Part shown: positions 37,027 to 46,734 of the stretch, in pieces
Numbering within the stretch: position 1 is the first letter of the stretch
Layout: every line of letters begins with the position of its first letter
Assembly (NCBI GenBank): GCA_045649925.1
Contig: JAZRQS010000021.1
Span: forward strand, 13,120-77,119
Source of the DNA: Eubacteriales bacterium
GTDB lineage: Bacteria; Bacillota; Clostridia; Oscillospirales; CAG-272
Reading direction: 5' to 3'
Length of the DNA: 64,000 nt
Position numbers and translations under genes: made by a program
The notes under the pieces: generated by a model
The model's input: only the letters and a program-made list of their open reading frames with translations
Database searches by the model: none
What the model was told of the DNA's origin: nothing

Positions 37027-38064
37027 ATGGATACGGAATTTGATTTTGAAAACCGACTTGTTTCCTCTGACTATAACCGATCAGACGGAGAGATAGAAGC
37101 AAGCCTTCGCCCTAAAACGCTCGAGGAATACGTAGGACAGCAAAAGGCAAAGGAAAACCTCAAGGTATATATCGAATCTGCAAAGCTGCGCGGAGACGCA
37201 ATAGACCACGTGCTTCTTTACGGCCCTCCCGGTCTTGGAAAGACTACTCTTTCCAACATAATCGCAAACGAGATGGGCGTTAATATACGTACTACCTCAG
37301 GACCTGCCATTGAAAAGCAGGGCGACCTCGCCGCTATACTTACAAATCTTGCAGAGGGCGACATTCTTTTTATCGACGAGATACACAGACTTTCTCACAA
37401 TATTGAGGAAATTCTCTATCCTGCTATGGAGGATTATGCTCTCGATATTATAATAGGAAAAGGGCCGAGTGCGAGAAGCATTCGTCTTCCCTTGCCGAAA
37501 TTTACACTTATAGGTGCTACTACACGCGCAGGACAGATAACCACCCCTCTGCGCGATAGATTTGGTGTTATACTCAAGCTGGAGCTTTACACGCCCGAAG
37601 AGTTGAAAACCATCGTCACAAGAAGCGCAGACATACTCGGTATTACAATAGATGAAAATGGCGCTATGGAAATAGCTCGCCGTAGCCGTGGCACGCCTCG
37701 AATTGCAAACAGACTGCTTAAGCGCATACGTGATTTCGCTATCGTCAAGGGAGATGGCAGTATCACAGAGGAAATCGCCAAGTATGCTCTTGAAATGCTT
37801 GAAATAGACGAGCTTGGACTTGACAATACCGACAGAAAAATGCTGACAGCCATAATAAAGTATTACAATGGCGGACCCGTGGGGCTTGACACTCTCGCCG
37901 CTACAACAGGTGAGGAGGCTATCACTATCGAGGACGTATACGAGCCTTACCTGTTGCAGATAGGATTTCTCTCGCGAACTCCTCGTGGGCGCTGCGCTAC
38001 AAAGCTGGCATACGACCACCTCGGCTTGAAATACGGCGATCAGGAGCAGCAAACTATAATTTAA
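37027..38064 (+). CDS. ruvB: Holliday junction DNA helicase RuvB
   Basis: [12 protein letters not shown], Walker [11 protein letters not shown], Walker [10 protein letters not shown], and [12 protein letters not shown]. Confidence 0.95.
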   Translation: MDTEFDFENRLVSSDYNRSDGEIEASLRPKTLEEYVGQQKAKENLKVYIESAKLRGDAIDHVLLYGPPGLGKTTLSNIIANEMGVNIRTTSGPAIEKQGDLAAILTNLAEGDILFIDEIHRLSHNIEEILYPAMEDYALDIIIGKGPSARSIRLPLPKFTLIGATTRAGQITTPLRDRFGVILKLELYTPEELKTIVTRSADILGITIDENGAMEIARRSRGTPRIANRLLKRIRDFAIVKGDGSITEEIAKYALEMLEIDELGLDNTDRKMLTAIIKYYNGGPVGLDTLAATTGEEAITIEDVYEPYLLQIGFLSRTPRGRCATKLAYDHLGLKYGDQEQQTII

Positions 38065-38091
38065 GACTATTTTATTTAATAAAAAAGAAAA

Positions 38092-38131
38092 ACGCCTTGT
38101 GTATCAATAAAGATATGCAAGGCGTATATTT
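38092..38131. terminator. Bidirectional intrinsic terminator (ruvB / GNAT gene)
   Basis: cgccttg (38093-38099) pairs with caaggcg (38118-38124), followed by tatatttttt. An A-run lies 5'. Confidence 0.7.
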
Positions 38132-38132
38132 T

Positions 38133-38651
38133 TTAGTTAGTGCTTGAAAGGTATTGCTCTCTTGAAATGCCCATCAGCTTGAAGACCCACCCATCACCAA
38201 AAAAGTCAAAATGGAGATCGTTTTCACAAGGCATTTCCGTAAATCCGAGCTTTATGTAGCAATTGTAGGCGGAGATGTTTTTGTCATACACGTAAAGCGT
38301 CACCTTTTCAACGCCACTCTTGCTAAATGCGAACCCAAGAGCAAGAGAAACTATTTTCTTGCCGAATCCAGCGCCTCTCAAGGCAGGATCTATAATAATA
38401 AAACCCATTCTCGCGACATTACCATCAATTGAGATGATGGCATGGCCTGCAAGTGTGTTGTCATCCCAAAATGACAACGGGTAAAATTCACATTCCTCGG
38501 ATTTTGCCAAATAGTATGAATTTAACTCTGCTTCTGTTAAGGGGTAGGAAGAAAAAACGTTTCTGCTCCACATTTTCATGGTTTTTTCATCATTTATCCA
38601 CGATAAAACCGTTTCTGCATCGGTCGGGGCGTAGGTTTTGAGTTCAATCAT
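38133..38651 (-). CDS. GNAT-family N-acetyltransferase
   Basis: Acetyl-CoA motif A, LRGAGFGKKIV. Length is 172 aa. Confidence 0.75.
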   Translation of the reverse strand: MIELKTYAPTDAETVLSWINDEKTMKMWSRNVFSSYPLTEAELNSYYLAKSEECEFYPLSFWDDNTLAGHAIISIDGNVARMGFIIIDPALRGAGFGKKIVSLALGFAFSKSGVEKVTLYVYDKNISAYNCYIKLGFTEMPCENDLHFDFFGDGWVFKLMGISREQYLSSTN

Positions 38652-39861
38652 TTTGGAAGCTCTCCCTTGTTTTCTTAACCTTTTGGAGCAGGACGACTGA
38701 CTCTATGTGGCGTGTATATGGGAACATATCTAGTGCCTGGATTTTCTTTACTATATATCCTCCGCGCAAAATAGCCCTGAGGTCACGTGCTTGGGTTTCG
38801 GGATTGCAGGAAATGTAGACTATTTTTTCGGGAGAAAGCGTGAGCAATGACGAAATAAATTCTCTGCTACAGCCTGTGCGTGGCGGATCGGTAAATACCA
38901 CGTCCAAGTGCTCGCCGCGCATTGCCATATTCGTCATAAAGTCCCCTGCATCACCCTTGAAGACCTTTATGTTTTTGAGCTGATTTATTTTTACATTGTC
39001 GCGCGCATTTTCTACGGCATCGCCGTTAAGCTCTACCGAAATTACGTTTTTAGCATTCTTTGAGGCGACAATTCCTATCGTGCCTACTCCGCAGTATGCA
39101 TCCAAGACACTTTCACTACCTGTAAGACCGGCCATTTTGACTGCTGTCGAGTATAGCTTTTCTGTTTGTGTCGGGTTGATCTGGAAAAATGAACGCGCAG
39201 AAATTCTGAAGTCAAATCCACAGAGCTTGTCGGTGATATATCCATCGCCAAACAAAACACTTTCATCTTCTCCTAGCAAAAGATTTAATTTACCGACGCT
39301 TACACAACGTACTATTGTGGTGATTTCGGGACATAGCTCGACTAAAGCCTTTGTAAAATCCTTCAACTGCGGAAATTTCCCCTTTGAAGTGCCGAGCGCT
39401 ACCAGAATTTCACCACTCTGTTTACCAATGCGAATTGTGACGAAGCGTAAAAATCCCTCGCGTGTCACCTCGTCATATGTGCGAAGCTTGAATTTTGGCA
39501 GCAACATGCGTATTGCCTTGATAATCTTATACGAGCGCTTGTCCTCAAGCGCACATTCCTCAATTTGAGCGATTTTCCCGCTTGATGACTGCCATACACC
39601 TGTTATAACGTGATTTTTTGTATAGCCAAACGCCACAGAAACCTTACATCTGTAATGTGTCGGCTCATCCATGCCGATGATTTTTTCTATTTTGCCAAAG
39701 CGCCCTAAGGTCTCGTGCATCAGGCGCATTTTATAGTTGAGCTGGCGTGGATATGCTACGTCTAACTGACAAGCGCCGCATTTTTTATATACAGGACATA
39801 CAAAATCCTGCTCTTTTACTACTTCCTTCATTTGCGCCCTTTCTTGTATATTTTCCGTCAA
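38644..39861 (-). CDS. RumA/RlmCD-type 23S rRNA (uracil-C5)-methyltransferase (no TRAM domain)
   Basis: Fe-S Cys cluster CPVYKKCGACQL, SAM motif LDAYCGVGTIG, VVFTDPPRTG, and the catalytic Cys context YISCNPETQARD. Confidence 0.8.
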   Translation of the reverse strand: MTENIQERAQMKEVVKEQDFVCPVYKKCGACQLDVAYPRQLNYKMRLMHETLGRFGKIEKIIGMDEPTHYRCKVSVAFGYTKNHVITGVWQSSSGKIAQIEECALEDKRSYKIIKAIRMLLPKFKLRTYDEVTREGFLRFVTIRIGKQSGEILVALGTSKGKFPQLKDFTKALVELCPEITTIVRCVSVGKLNLLLGEDESVLFGDGYITDKLCGFDFRISARSFFQINPTQTEKLYSTAVKMAGLTGSESVLDAYCGVGTIGIVASKNAKNVISVELNGDAVENARDNVKINQLKNIKVFKGDAGDFMTNMAMRGEHLDVVFTDPPRTGCSREFISSLLTLSPEKIVYISCNPETQARDLRAILRGGYIVKKIQALDMFPYTRHIESVVLLQKVKKTRESFQND

Positions 39862-40533
39862 TTACCACACGAATGGAATCAAGCGATATTTTACCTTTTC
39901 TTTGTATTCCTTGTAGCCTGAAAGCTCTTTTTCAAGGAGTTTTTCTTCATTTCTGATACGAAATACTATCAATGCAGGATATGCGAGCATTATTATAAAC
40001 GAATATATTGAGCCAAGCACAAGAGGCATGGACAAAAACAGTAGCAAGGTAGCACTATACATAGGATGTCTGACAATGCCATATAAACCCGAATCAACTA
40101 CCTCCTGACCCTCTTGGACCTCTATCGTCCTTGACAGATACGCGTTTTCTCTCAAAACCTCTGCGTAAATCAAATACGCGAGCAAAAACAGCGCCGCCGC
40201 TATGTAGACCACTACGGGAGGTAAAGCGTACCACGAAAAGCGATAAGTGAGCCCTGCAAGCACAAATGATGCGACAAACATAAGTCCGCTCAGCTTTATA
40301 ACAACGCTTTGCTCTTTTTGTTTTTCCTTCGCATTAAGGCGTTTTTTCAGAAGTGATGGATTTTTCACCATCATTACAAGCCCTGCGACAAACATAGGGA
40401 TAAACAAAATGCACATTAAAAGAATTCCGTTTGAAAATGCAATAGTTCCTGCAGGGATAAAAATTAGCAGACCTATCAACGCAACGCCAAGAAAAAACTT
40501 TGCCAAGGCGCTAAAAAACATTTTTGCTGACAT
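39862..40533 (-). CDS. Isoprenylcysteine carboxyl methyltransferase (ICMT)/PEMT-like membrane methyltransferase
   Basis: GLYGIVRHPMYSATLLLFL is the C-terminal signature, with multiple TM segments. AGGGAG precedes ATG 40533. Confidence 0.65.
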   Translation of the reverse strand: MSAKMFFSALAKFFLGVALIGLLIFIPAGTIAFSNGILLMCILFIPMFVAGLVMMVKNPSLLKKRLNAKEKQKEQSVVIKLSGLMFVASFVLAGLTYRFSWYALPPVVVYIAAALFLLAYLIYAEVLRENAYLSRTIEVQEGQEVVDSGLYGIVRHPMYSATLLLFLSMPLVLGSIYSFIIMLAYPALIVFRIRNEEKLLEKELSGYKEYKEKVKYRLIPFVW

Positions 40534-40555
40534 AAAAATCTCCCTCTTGATCGAA

Positions 40556-41962
40556 TCAAGCGCGCCCCTTATACAAAACCACAAGAGTTTCTACGTGGCG
40601 CGTATTCGGGAACATATCATACGGAGTTACAGAGCTTATTCTGTAGCCCTTTCTTGTAAGCAATGACAGGTCGCTTGCTAACGTTTCCGGGTTACAGGAC
40701 AGGTAGACCAAGGTCTTTGGCGAAAACCTTATTATGTCGTTACATACCGAAGCTCCCAAGCCACGACGAGGAGGATCTACAAAAAACACTGAATTTCTCG
40801 CCTTAATTCTAGGCAGAATTTCCTTGCAGTCTCCGCAATACATTTTTATTTTTCCTGCCACGCCGTTTCGCTCCGCCAACAGCTTGGCATCCTCGACGGC
40901 CGCCTTGACGCTTTCGATGCTGATGACATCCTTTCCTGATTTTGCAAACAGAATACTAGTTATGCCTATACCGCTATAGAGGTCAATAACTGTGTTGCTT
41001 CCCGACTTGTTGATAATATCAAGTATTCTCGAATATATCTTTTCCGTCACTCCCTCGTTTGTCTGCAAGAAAGAGTTTGGACTGAGTGAATATTTCACTC
41101 CGAGCAGACTGCCGTTTAGCTTTTCCTCTCCGCAAACGTGAACGAACTTGTCGGAAAAAACCATACTATTTTTCTGATTGTTTATATTGTTATAAAGCGA
41201 AACACCTTTGAAGCTATCGCACAAGGCGGAATAAAGGTCGTCCATTTTTCCGCTTATGTCCGTTGTCGATACTATAGTGAGCATGATTGCATCACCTATT
41301 TTTCTCGCCACAGCAAAACGAAGAATTCCTGCGTGCTTTTCGGGAATATAAGGCTCAAGCGCATTGCTCTGTGCCCATTTTACAAGAATTTTCGCAAGGA
41401 TAGAAAACCACTCTCCGTGCATTTTACATTCACTGATTTCGAGCGCCTTGTGACTTTCCTCGTTTACAAAGCCGACAACAGTGCGTTTTCCCTTTTTGGA
41501 GAAAACGAGGTGCGCTTTATTGCGCCATTCCACGTTGCTTGAGGCCACACAGTCGTCTATATACACATCACACACATTGCGCAAATGCTTTTTTAGCATT
41601 ATTGTCTTTTCTCGCAGCTGACGCTCGTATTGCATATGCAAAAGGTTACAATTTCCGCATTGCTCAAACTTGTCGCACAAGGGGGTAACTCTGAATTCGG
41701 ACGGCTCTATAATTTTTACAGGCTTATACACCTTGCCTATGCCATTTACATATTCCTCTTCTGCTTCTATAAGCTCAAATGGAATTGCATTCTTTACGAG
41801 GCGAGGCTTGTCGTTGATTATAGTGACGCCAAAGAGGTCTATGTTCAGCTTGTCGACCTCAATGTGAAGCGTTTTTGCGCCCGTATTCGCTTTTTCGACA
41901 GGCTTTTTATTATTTGTATGCCTATTCGGTTTTTTTGAAAACGATTTATTTTTGTTGTTCAT
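40556..41962 (-). CDS. RumA-type RNA (uracil-C5)-methyltransferase paralogue with a basic N-terminal tail and TRAM-like domain
   Basis: CDKFEQCGNCNLLH, IDLYSGIGITS, FFVDPPRRG, YLSCNPETLASD and the C-terminal DMFPNTRHVE. Confidence 0.75.
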   Translation of the reverse strand: MNNKNKSFSKKPNRHTNNKKPVEKANTGAKTLHIEVDKLNIDLFGVTIINDKPRLVKNAIPFELIEAEEEYVNGIGKVYKPVKIIEPSEFRVTPLCDKFEQCGNCNLLHMQYERQLREKTIMLKKHLRNVCDVYIDDCVASSNVEWRNKAHLVFSKKGKRTVVGFVNEESHKALEISECKMHGEWFSILAKILVKWAQSNALEPYIPEKHAGILRFAVARKIGDAIMLTIVSTTDISGKMDDLYSALCDSFKGVSLYNNINNQKNSMVFSDKFVHVCGEEKLNGSLLGVKYSLSPNSFLQTNEGVTEKIYSRILDIINKSGSNTVIDLYSGIGITSILFAKSGKDVISIESVKAAVEDAKLLAERNGVAGKIKMYCGDCKEILPRIKARNSVFFVDPPRRGLGASVCNDIIRFSPKTLVYLSCNPETLASDLSLLTRKGYRISSVTPYDMFPNTRHVETLVVLYKGRA

Positions 41963-41974
41963 TTATACTTCCGT

Positions 41975-43372
41975 TCATTCGAATGTAATGTAATCAAATA
42001 CGTGAAAAACGTCTCCTGCTCCCATAATTATTACCATGTCTCCTGCCTTTGCATTAGCCTTGACGTACTCAGCCGCCTTTTCAAAGCTCTCGACATATAC
42101 AGCGCTATCTCCTATTCGCTGAGCTAAAAGCTCACCGCTGACCCCCTTGGTGTCGGTTTCTCGTGCGGCATAAATATCGAGTGACACGACCTTACTGGCG
42201 ATTTTGAGCGTGTCGACGAAATCATCGAACAGCTCAGCCGTGCGAGAATAAGTATGTGACTGAAAAACGCACCATACGTCACCCGAAGCAAAGGTCTTTG
42301 CCGACTCAAGTGTCGCCTTTATCTCGGTCGGGTGGTGGGCGTAGTCCTCAAAATACTGTACTCCGCAAAGCTCTCCGCGTTTTTCCATTCTGCGCTTTGC
42401 ACCTGTAAATCTCTTTATGCCCTCGCACAAGCTCTCAAAATCTATTCCATATTCATATGCTACACAGCAGGTGGCGAGTGCATTTGATACGTTGTGGTTT
42501 CCGTATACAGACAAGGAAATTCTGCCTTGGTTTATCCCTTTGAAAAATAAATCAAACGATGGCTTTCCATCTTCGTACGTGATGTTTTTTGCACAAAAAT
42601 CTGCATCGGTGTTTTCTATTCCGTAGCTTATAATCTTACCTGTAAAGGATTTTGCTACCTCAATGACGTTCTCGTCATCGTAGTTGAGGACTGCAGCGTC
42701 TACAGATTTTATGTTCAGGTATCTGCCAAATGAATCTTTTACTGCATCGAGCGATGGGAAATAATCGGTGTGATCGAGCTCGATGTTTAAAATCACAGCC
42801 AAGGTGGGATTGAACGAAAGGAAGGAATCCATATATTCACAGGACTCGAAAATAAACCAGTCCTCGCATCCCCCCTTGTAGCATCCTCCCACAGTAGGTA
42901 ATTCTGCTCCCAGAACAATGGTGGGATCAAGCTCGGCAGAAAGGAACACCTCGGAAATCATAGAAGAAGTCGTGCTCTTTCCGTGCATGCCTGAAACGCC
43001 GATTCGGTTTTTGTAATGTGTCATAAGATAACCAAGAAAATCTGCGCGCGATATACAAGGCTTGCCCTCATTCATTGCGCATGCATATTCGGGGTTGTTT
43101 TCAGCTATAGCAACTGTATAAACAATGACGTCGTAGTCAATAATATTTTCAGGGGAATGATTGTAATTAACTCTAATATTTTGCGCTTCTAGCTTTTTTG
43201 TGATTTGAGAGACTACTCTGTCAGAGCCTGCTACTGTATATCCAAGCTTTTGTGTCATTTGCGCGAGGCAGGACATGCTCACACCGCCTATTCCTATGAA
43301 ATAGACGAAGGATTTGTTTTGCAGGATTTCGTTTATCGTCTCGTATGAAAAGTTGGTGTTTTTTATTGACAT
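41975..43372 (-). CDS. murC: UDP-N-acetylmuramate--L-alanine ligase
   Basis: FIGIGGVSMSCLA, GVSGMHGKSTTSS, and YAHHPTEIKATL. Confidence 0.9.
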   Translation of the reverse strand: MSIKNTNFSYETINEILQNKSFVYFIGIGGVSMSCLAQMTQKLGYTVAGSDRVVSQITKKLEAQNIRVNYNHSPENIIDYDVIVYTVAIAENNPEYACAMNEGKPCISRADFLGYLMTHYKNRIGVSGMHGKSTTSSMISEVFLSAELDPTIVLGAELPTVGGCYKGGCEDWFIFESCEYMDSFLSFNPTLAVILNIELDHTDYFPSLDAVKDSFGRYLNIKSVDAAVLNYDDENVIEVAKSFTGKIISYGIENTDADFCAKNITYEDGKPSFDLFFKGINQGRISLSVYGNHNVSNALATCCVAYEYGIDFESLCEGIKRFTGAKRRMEKRGELCGVQYFEDYAHHPTEIKATLESAKTFASGDVWCVFQSHTYSRTAELFDDFVDTLKIASKVVSLDIYAARETDTKGVSGELLAQRIGDSAVYVESFEKAAEYVKANAKAGDMVIIMGAGDVFHVFDYITFE

Positions 43373-43395
43373 ATAAGCACCTCATCGTTTATTGT

Positions 43396-43424
43396 TTGTA
43401 CAAGATTTATGTAAGATATATAAT
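43396..43424 (+). promoter_or_regulatory. Sigma-A-like promoter, distal, upstream of spoVG
   Basis: TTGTAC 43396-43401, 17-nt spacer, TATAAT 43419-43424. It would give a roughly 130-nt leader. Confidence 0.4.
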
Positions 43425-43506
43425 ATAATTGTATTATCGGTAAACATTTTTGAACACTATTAACAAAATATTATTTATGATTATCATATGTTATTAATAT
43501 TTCTGA

Positions 43507-43532
43507 AGGATAATAACATAAGTATAATGAAA
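43507..43532 (+). promoter_or_regulatory. Sigma-H-like promoter candidate, proximal to spoVG
   Basis: AGGATAA (43507-43513), 12-nt spacer, aatGAAa (43526-43532). The sigma-H consensus is RnAGGAwww-11/12-RnnGAAT, so there is one mismatch in the -10. Confidence 0.35.
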
Positions 43533-43561
43533 AAATATATCTTTTGATGAAAGGACATGTT

Positions 43562-43867
43562 ATGCAAATTACAGATATCAAAATCAGAAACTTTTTTGAT
43601 CAAGGCCCTATGAAAGCTGTGGTTTCTGTGACTTTTGATGATGCGCTTGCAGTTCATGACATTAAAGTAATTTACGCCAGAGATAAGTATTTTATTGTAA
43701 TGCCCTCAAAGAAAAACGCCGATGGCTCTTACAGAGACATTGCGCACCCGATCAATGCGCAATTCAGGGCTGAGCTCGAAAATGCTGTGATAGACGCCTA
43801 TAACGTGCAGCTTGTTGCCGCACAAGAGGCGGAAAAAGAAGAACAAGGCGACGTCGCTTTGGTGTAA
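43562..43867 (+). CDS. spoVG: Septation protein SpoVG
   Basis: MQITDIKIRNF...MKAVVSVTFDDALAVHDIKVI...FIVMPSKKNADGSYRDIAHPIN is colinear with B. subtilis SpoVG. Confidence 0.9.
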   Translation: MQITDIKIRNFFDQGPMKAVVSVTFDDALAVHDIKVIYARDKYFIVMPSKKNADGSYRDIAHPINAQFRAELENAVIDAYNVQLVAAQEAEKEEQGDVALV

Positions 43868-43965
43868 TATTCACAATTGAATTATACACAATCCCCCCTT
43901 CAATGTCAAGTAATATGTAGTACATTTTGCTTGCTTGACGGGGTTTTCTTTTTGTGGAGATATAT

Positions 43966-46119
43966 ATGAAAATTCTTATGGTCAGCTCCTCGTTTGGTAT
44001 AGGAGGGGCAGAAACTCACATTTTAGAGCTTTCGAGAGAGCTTGCAAAGCGGGGACATAGCATTTGCGTGGTGTCGTTTGGCGGCGAATATGTAAAAAAG
44101 CTAAAGGAATACGGAATAAGACACTATAAAATAAATCTGATCTCTAAAAATCCATTTGTCATTCTGTCATCATACAGAAAATTAAAAGCCATTGTTCAAA
44201 AAGAGGGGGTTGACATCATACATTCTCACGCGCGACTTCCCTCCCTGCTTTGTCATTTTGTGGCAGAATCTACAAAAACGCCATTTGTCACGACAGCGCA
44301 TTGGGTGTTTGAAAACACCTTGCTAAAAAAGCTGCTGACCAAATGGGGAGAAAACACGCTTGCAGTAAGCGAGGATATAAAGGATTATCTCGTCAACACT
44401 TATGCTACAAATCCAAAAAATATAACGGTTACGAGAAACGGAATAGACACAGAAGTATTTTCGCCAAACGAAAAAAGAAAAAGACAAAAGCACATCGTAT
44501 GTGTTAGCAGAATAGACGCAACGAGAGCTGATGCCGCATTTGCACTTGTAAAAATAGCGCCATATCTCCATAAATATGATGAAGAAATCGAAATCTCAAT
44601 TATAGGTGGGGGCGACGCCGAGGAAAGACTGAAAAACGAAATAGGCAGTTCAAATGAAATGTGCAAGAAAAACGTGGTGAAATTTTTAGGCAGAAGCACA
44701 GACGTTCATATATTTTTGCAGAATTGCGATATTTTTGTAGGAGTCTCGCGCGCCGCACTTGAGGCGATGGCGTGCTCCTGTGCCGTAATTTTGGCAGGAA
44801 ACGAGGGATACTCTGGTATTTTTTCAGAAGAAAAGGCAGAAACAGAAATCCTCTCGAATTTCTGTTGTCGAGGTCAGAATGCCCTTTCGTGCGACGAGTT
44901 GTTGCGGGACATTATCACACTCCTATCATATTCAGATGAAGAATTCTTTGAGATGAGAAAATACAACAGGTCTTTTATAAAAGAGCATTATTCGGTCAAA
45001 AAAATGACAGACGATGCTCTTGACATTTATAAAAAAACTATAAAAGGCAAAAAGCCATGCGTCGCTATATGCGGTTATTACGGATACGGAAATATCGGAG
45101 ATGATATCATTTTAAAAAGCGCTTGCAAAATGCTCAAAGAAGATATTTGTCCTGAAATTTATGTCATCGGCGCTGATCTTTCAGGCTCAAAGCAAAAAGG
45201 CGACGTATCATATATATGTAGAAGAGATTTGTTTAAGGTGTTGCTCTGCCTGAAAAAATGTGGCATTTTTATGCTTGGGGGAGGAAATCTGCTACAAAAT
45301 CAAACAAGCAACCGCTCGCTGATTTACTATGGAAGCATGGCTCGAATTGCTCGCTTTTTAGGCGCTCGGTGCGTTCTGTTTTCGTCGGGAATTGGCGAGC
45401 TTTACGGAGAGTGGGCGAGGCGTTTTGCAGAAAAGACGCTGTCATTGTGTGAGCTTGTTGTATTTCGCACAGACAAAGACCTGCATAAGCTCCCATCGAA
45501 AGCAAGCGAAAGCGTTGTCGCCTCTGACCTCGGCTTTTTGTATAGTCCGAATGTAGCCACCTCGCAGCCTACGCAAGAAAAATATTTTGTGGTAGCGATA
45601 AGAGAGCCAAAGTCTGACCGAGCGTCATTTATAAAGTCGTTTGTATATTCGATAAATAAAATAAGCTCAGATACAGGTTTTGTGCCATACTTTGTGGCGA
45701 TGCATCCAAAAAAAGATGAAAAAATCTCAAAAGAGGCTGCGCATCAATGCAATGGCGCTACGTTATATTCAAAAATCGAGGCGCTCGAATTTTTAGAAAT
45801 ACTGCAAGGAGCGCAATTCTCTATTGGCATGAGGCTACACTCCACTATTATGTCTGTAAAAAACTGCATACCACACGTCTGTATCCCCTATGACGCAAAA
45901 TGCTCGGATATGATATCTCATATAGTTAAAATCGCCGAAGATTACGGTATAAAAACAGACAGCTTTTTGGTCACGAGCACACCAAACACTTTATATGTCG
46001 ACACTAAAAAACTAGCTTTTTCGGAGCACGATGCTCAAGGATACGAAGCGCTTGCAAAAGCTCTTGCAAAAGATGCCCATAAATTCAAAATTTATCTTGA
46101 AAAGCTTTTAAGTATGTGA
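43966..46119 (+). CDS. Fusion protein: N-terminal GT4 glycosyltransferase plus C-terminal polysaccharide pyruvyl transferase (CsaB-like)
   Basis: GT4 features are MKILMVSSSFGIGGAETH and the E-x7-E region SRAALEAMACSCAVI. CsaB-like features are VAICGYYGYGNIGDDIIL and GMRLHSTIMS...IPYDAKC. GGAG precedes ATG 43966. Confidence 0.7.
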   Translation: MKILMVSSSFGIGGAETHILELSRELAKRGHSICVVSFGGEYVKKLKEYGIRHYKINLISKNPFVILSSYRKLKAIVQKEGVDIIHSHARLPSLLCHFVAESTKTPFVTTAHWVFENTLLKKLLTKWGENTLAVSEDIKDYLVNTYATNPKNITVTRNGIDTEVFSPNEKRKRQKHIVCVSRIDATRADAAFALVKIAPYLHKYDEEIEISIIGGGDAEERLKNEIGSSNEMCKKNVVKFLGRSTDVHIFLQNCDIFVGVSRAALEAMACSCAVILAGNEGYSGIFSEEKAETEILSNFCCRGQNALSCDELLRDIITLLSYSDEEFFEMRKYNRSFIKEHYSVKKMTDDALDIYKKTIKGKKPCVAICGYYGYGNIGDDIILKSACKMLKEDICPEIYVIGADLSGSKQKGDVSYICRRDLFKVLLCLKKCGIFMLGGGNLLQNQTSNRSLIYYGSMARIARFLGARCVLFSSGIGELYGEWARRFAEKTLSLCELVVFRTDKDLHKLPSKASESVVASDLGFLYSPNVATSQPTQEKYFVVAIREPKSDRASFIKSFVYSINKISSDTGFVPYFVAMHPKKDEKISKEAAHQCNGATLYSKIEALEFLEILQGAQFSIGMRLHSTIMSVKNCIPHVCIPYDAKCSDMISHIVKIAEDYGIKTDSFLVTSTPNTLYVDTKKLAFSEHDAQGYEALAKALAKDAHKFKIYLEKLLSM

Positions 46120-46160
46120 TATAATTTAAAATAAAAAACGACAAAAAAGGAACACATCTT

Positions 46161-46727
46161 ATGAAAATTTGTGTCTTTGGCGCATCAAGTAACGATATTG
46201 ATAAGATTTATTTTGAAAAAGTAAGAAAATTAGGAAACAAAATGGCCGAGCGAGGACACGCGCTTGTCTTTGGCGGAGGAGCTCGCGGACTGATGGGAGC
46301 CGTGGTCGAGGGCATCACGGAAAGCGGTGGCGAAAGCATAGGTATCGCCCCCTCTTTCTTTGATGTAGACGGCATTTTATATAAAGACGGCACTCAGCTC
46401 ATTCTCACAAATACGATGGCAGAGCGCAAAAAGATGATGGAGGACATGTCAGACGCCTTCATCGCTGTGCCCGGCGGCGTAGGCACATACGAGGAGTTTT
46501 TCGAGGTACTTACCCTCAAGCAGCTACAACAACACAACAAGCCTCTTGTCCTCTTCAACGTAAACAACTATTACGACCAATTTGAAAAAATGCTCGAATT
46601 CACAGTCGAAGCAGGCTTTATGAAAGAGGAATGTAAAAACGTATACAGGATCTTCTCTTCTGCCGACGAATTACTTGATTATATTGAAAATTATGACGAA
46701 ACAAATGAAAACGTTTTGAAGTATTGA
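46161..46727 (+). CDS. LOG-family (TIGR00730) nucleotide 5'-monophosphate nucleosidase-like protein
   Basis: VFGGGARGLMG and AVPGGVGTYEEFFE motifs. Confidence 0.8.
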   Translation: MKICVFGASSNDIDKIYFEKVRKLGNKMAERGHALVFGGGARGLMGAVVEGITESGGESIGIAPSFFDVDGILYKDGTQLILTNTMAERKKMMEDMSDAFIAVPGGVGTYEEFFEVLTLKQLQQHNKPLVLFNVNNYYDQFEKMLEFTVEAGFMKEECKNVYRIFSSADELLDYIENYDETNENVLKY

Positions 46728-46734
46728 GGACACT

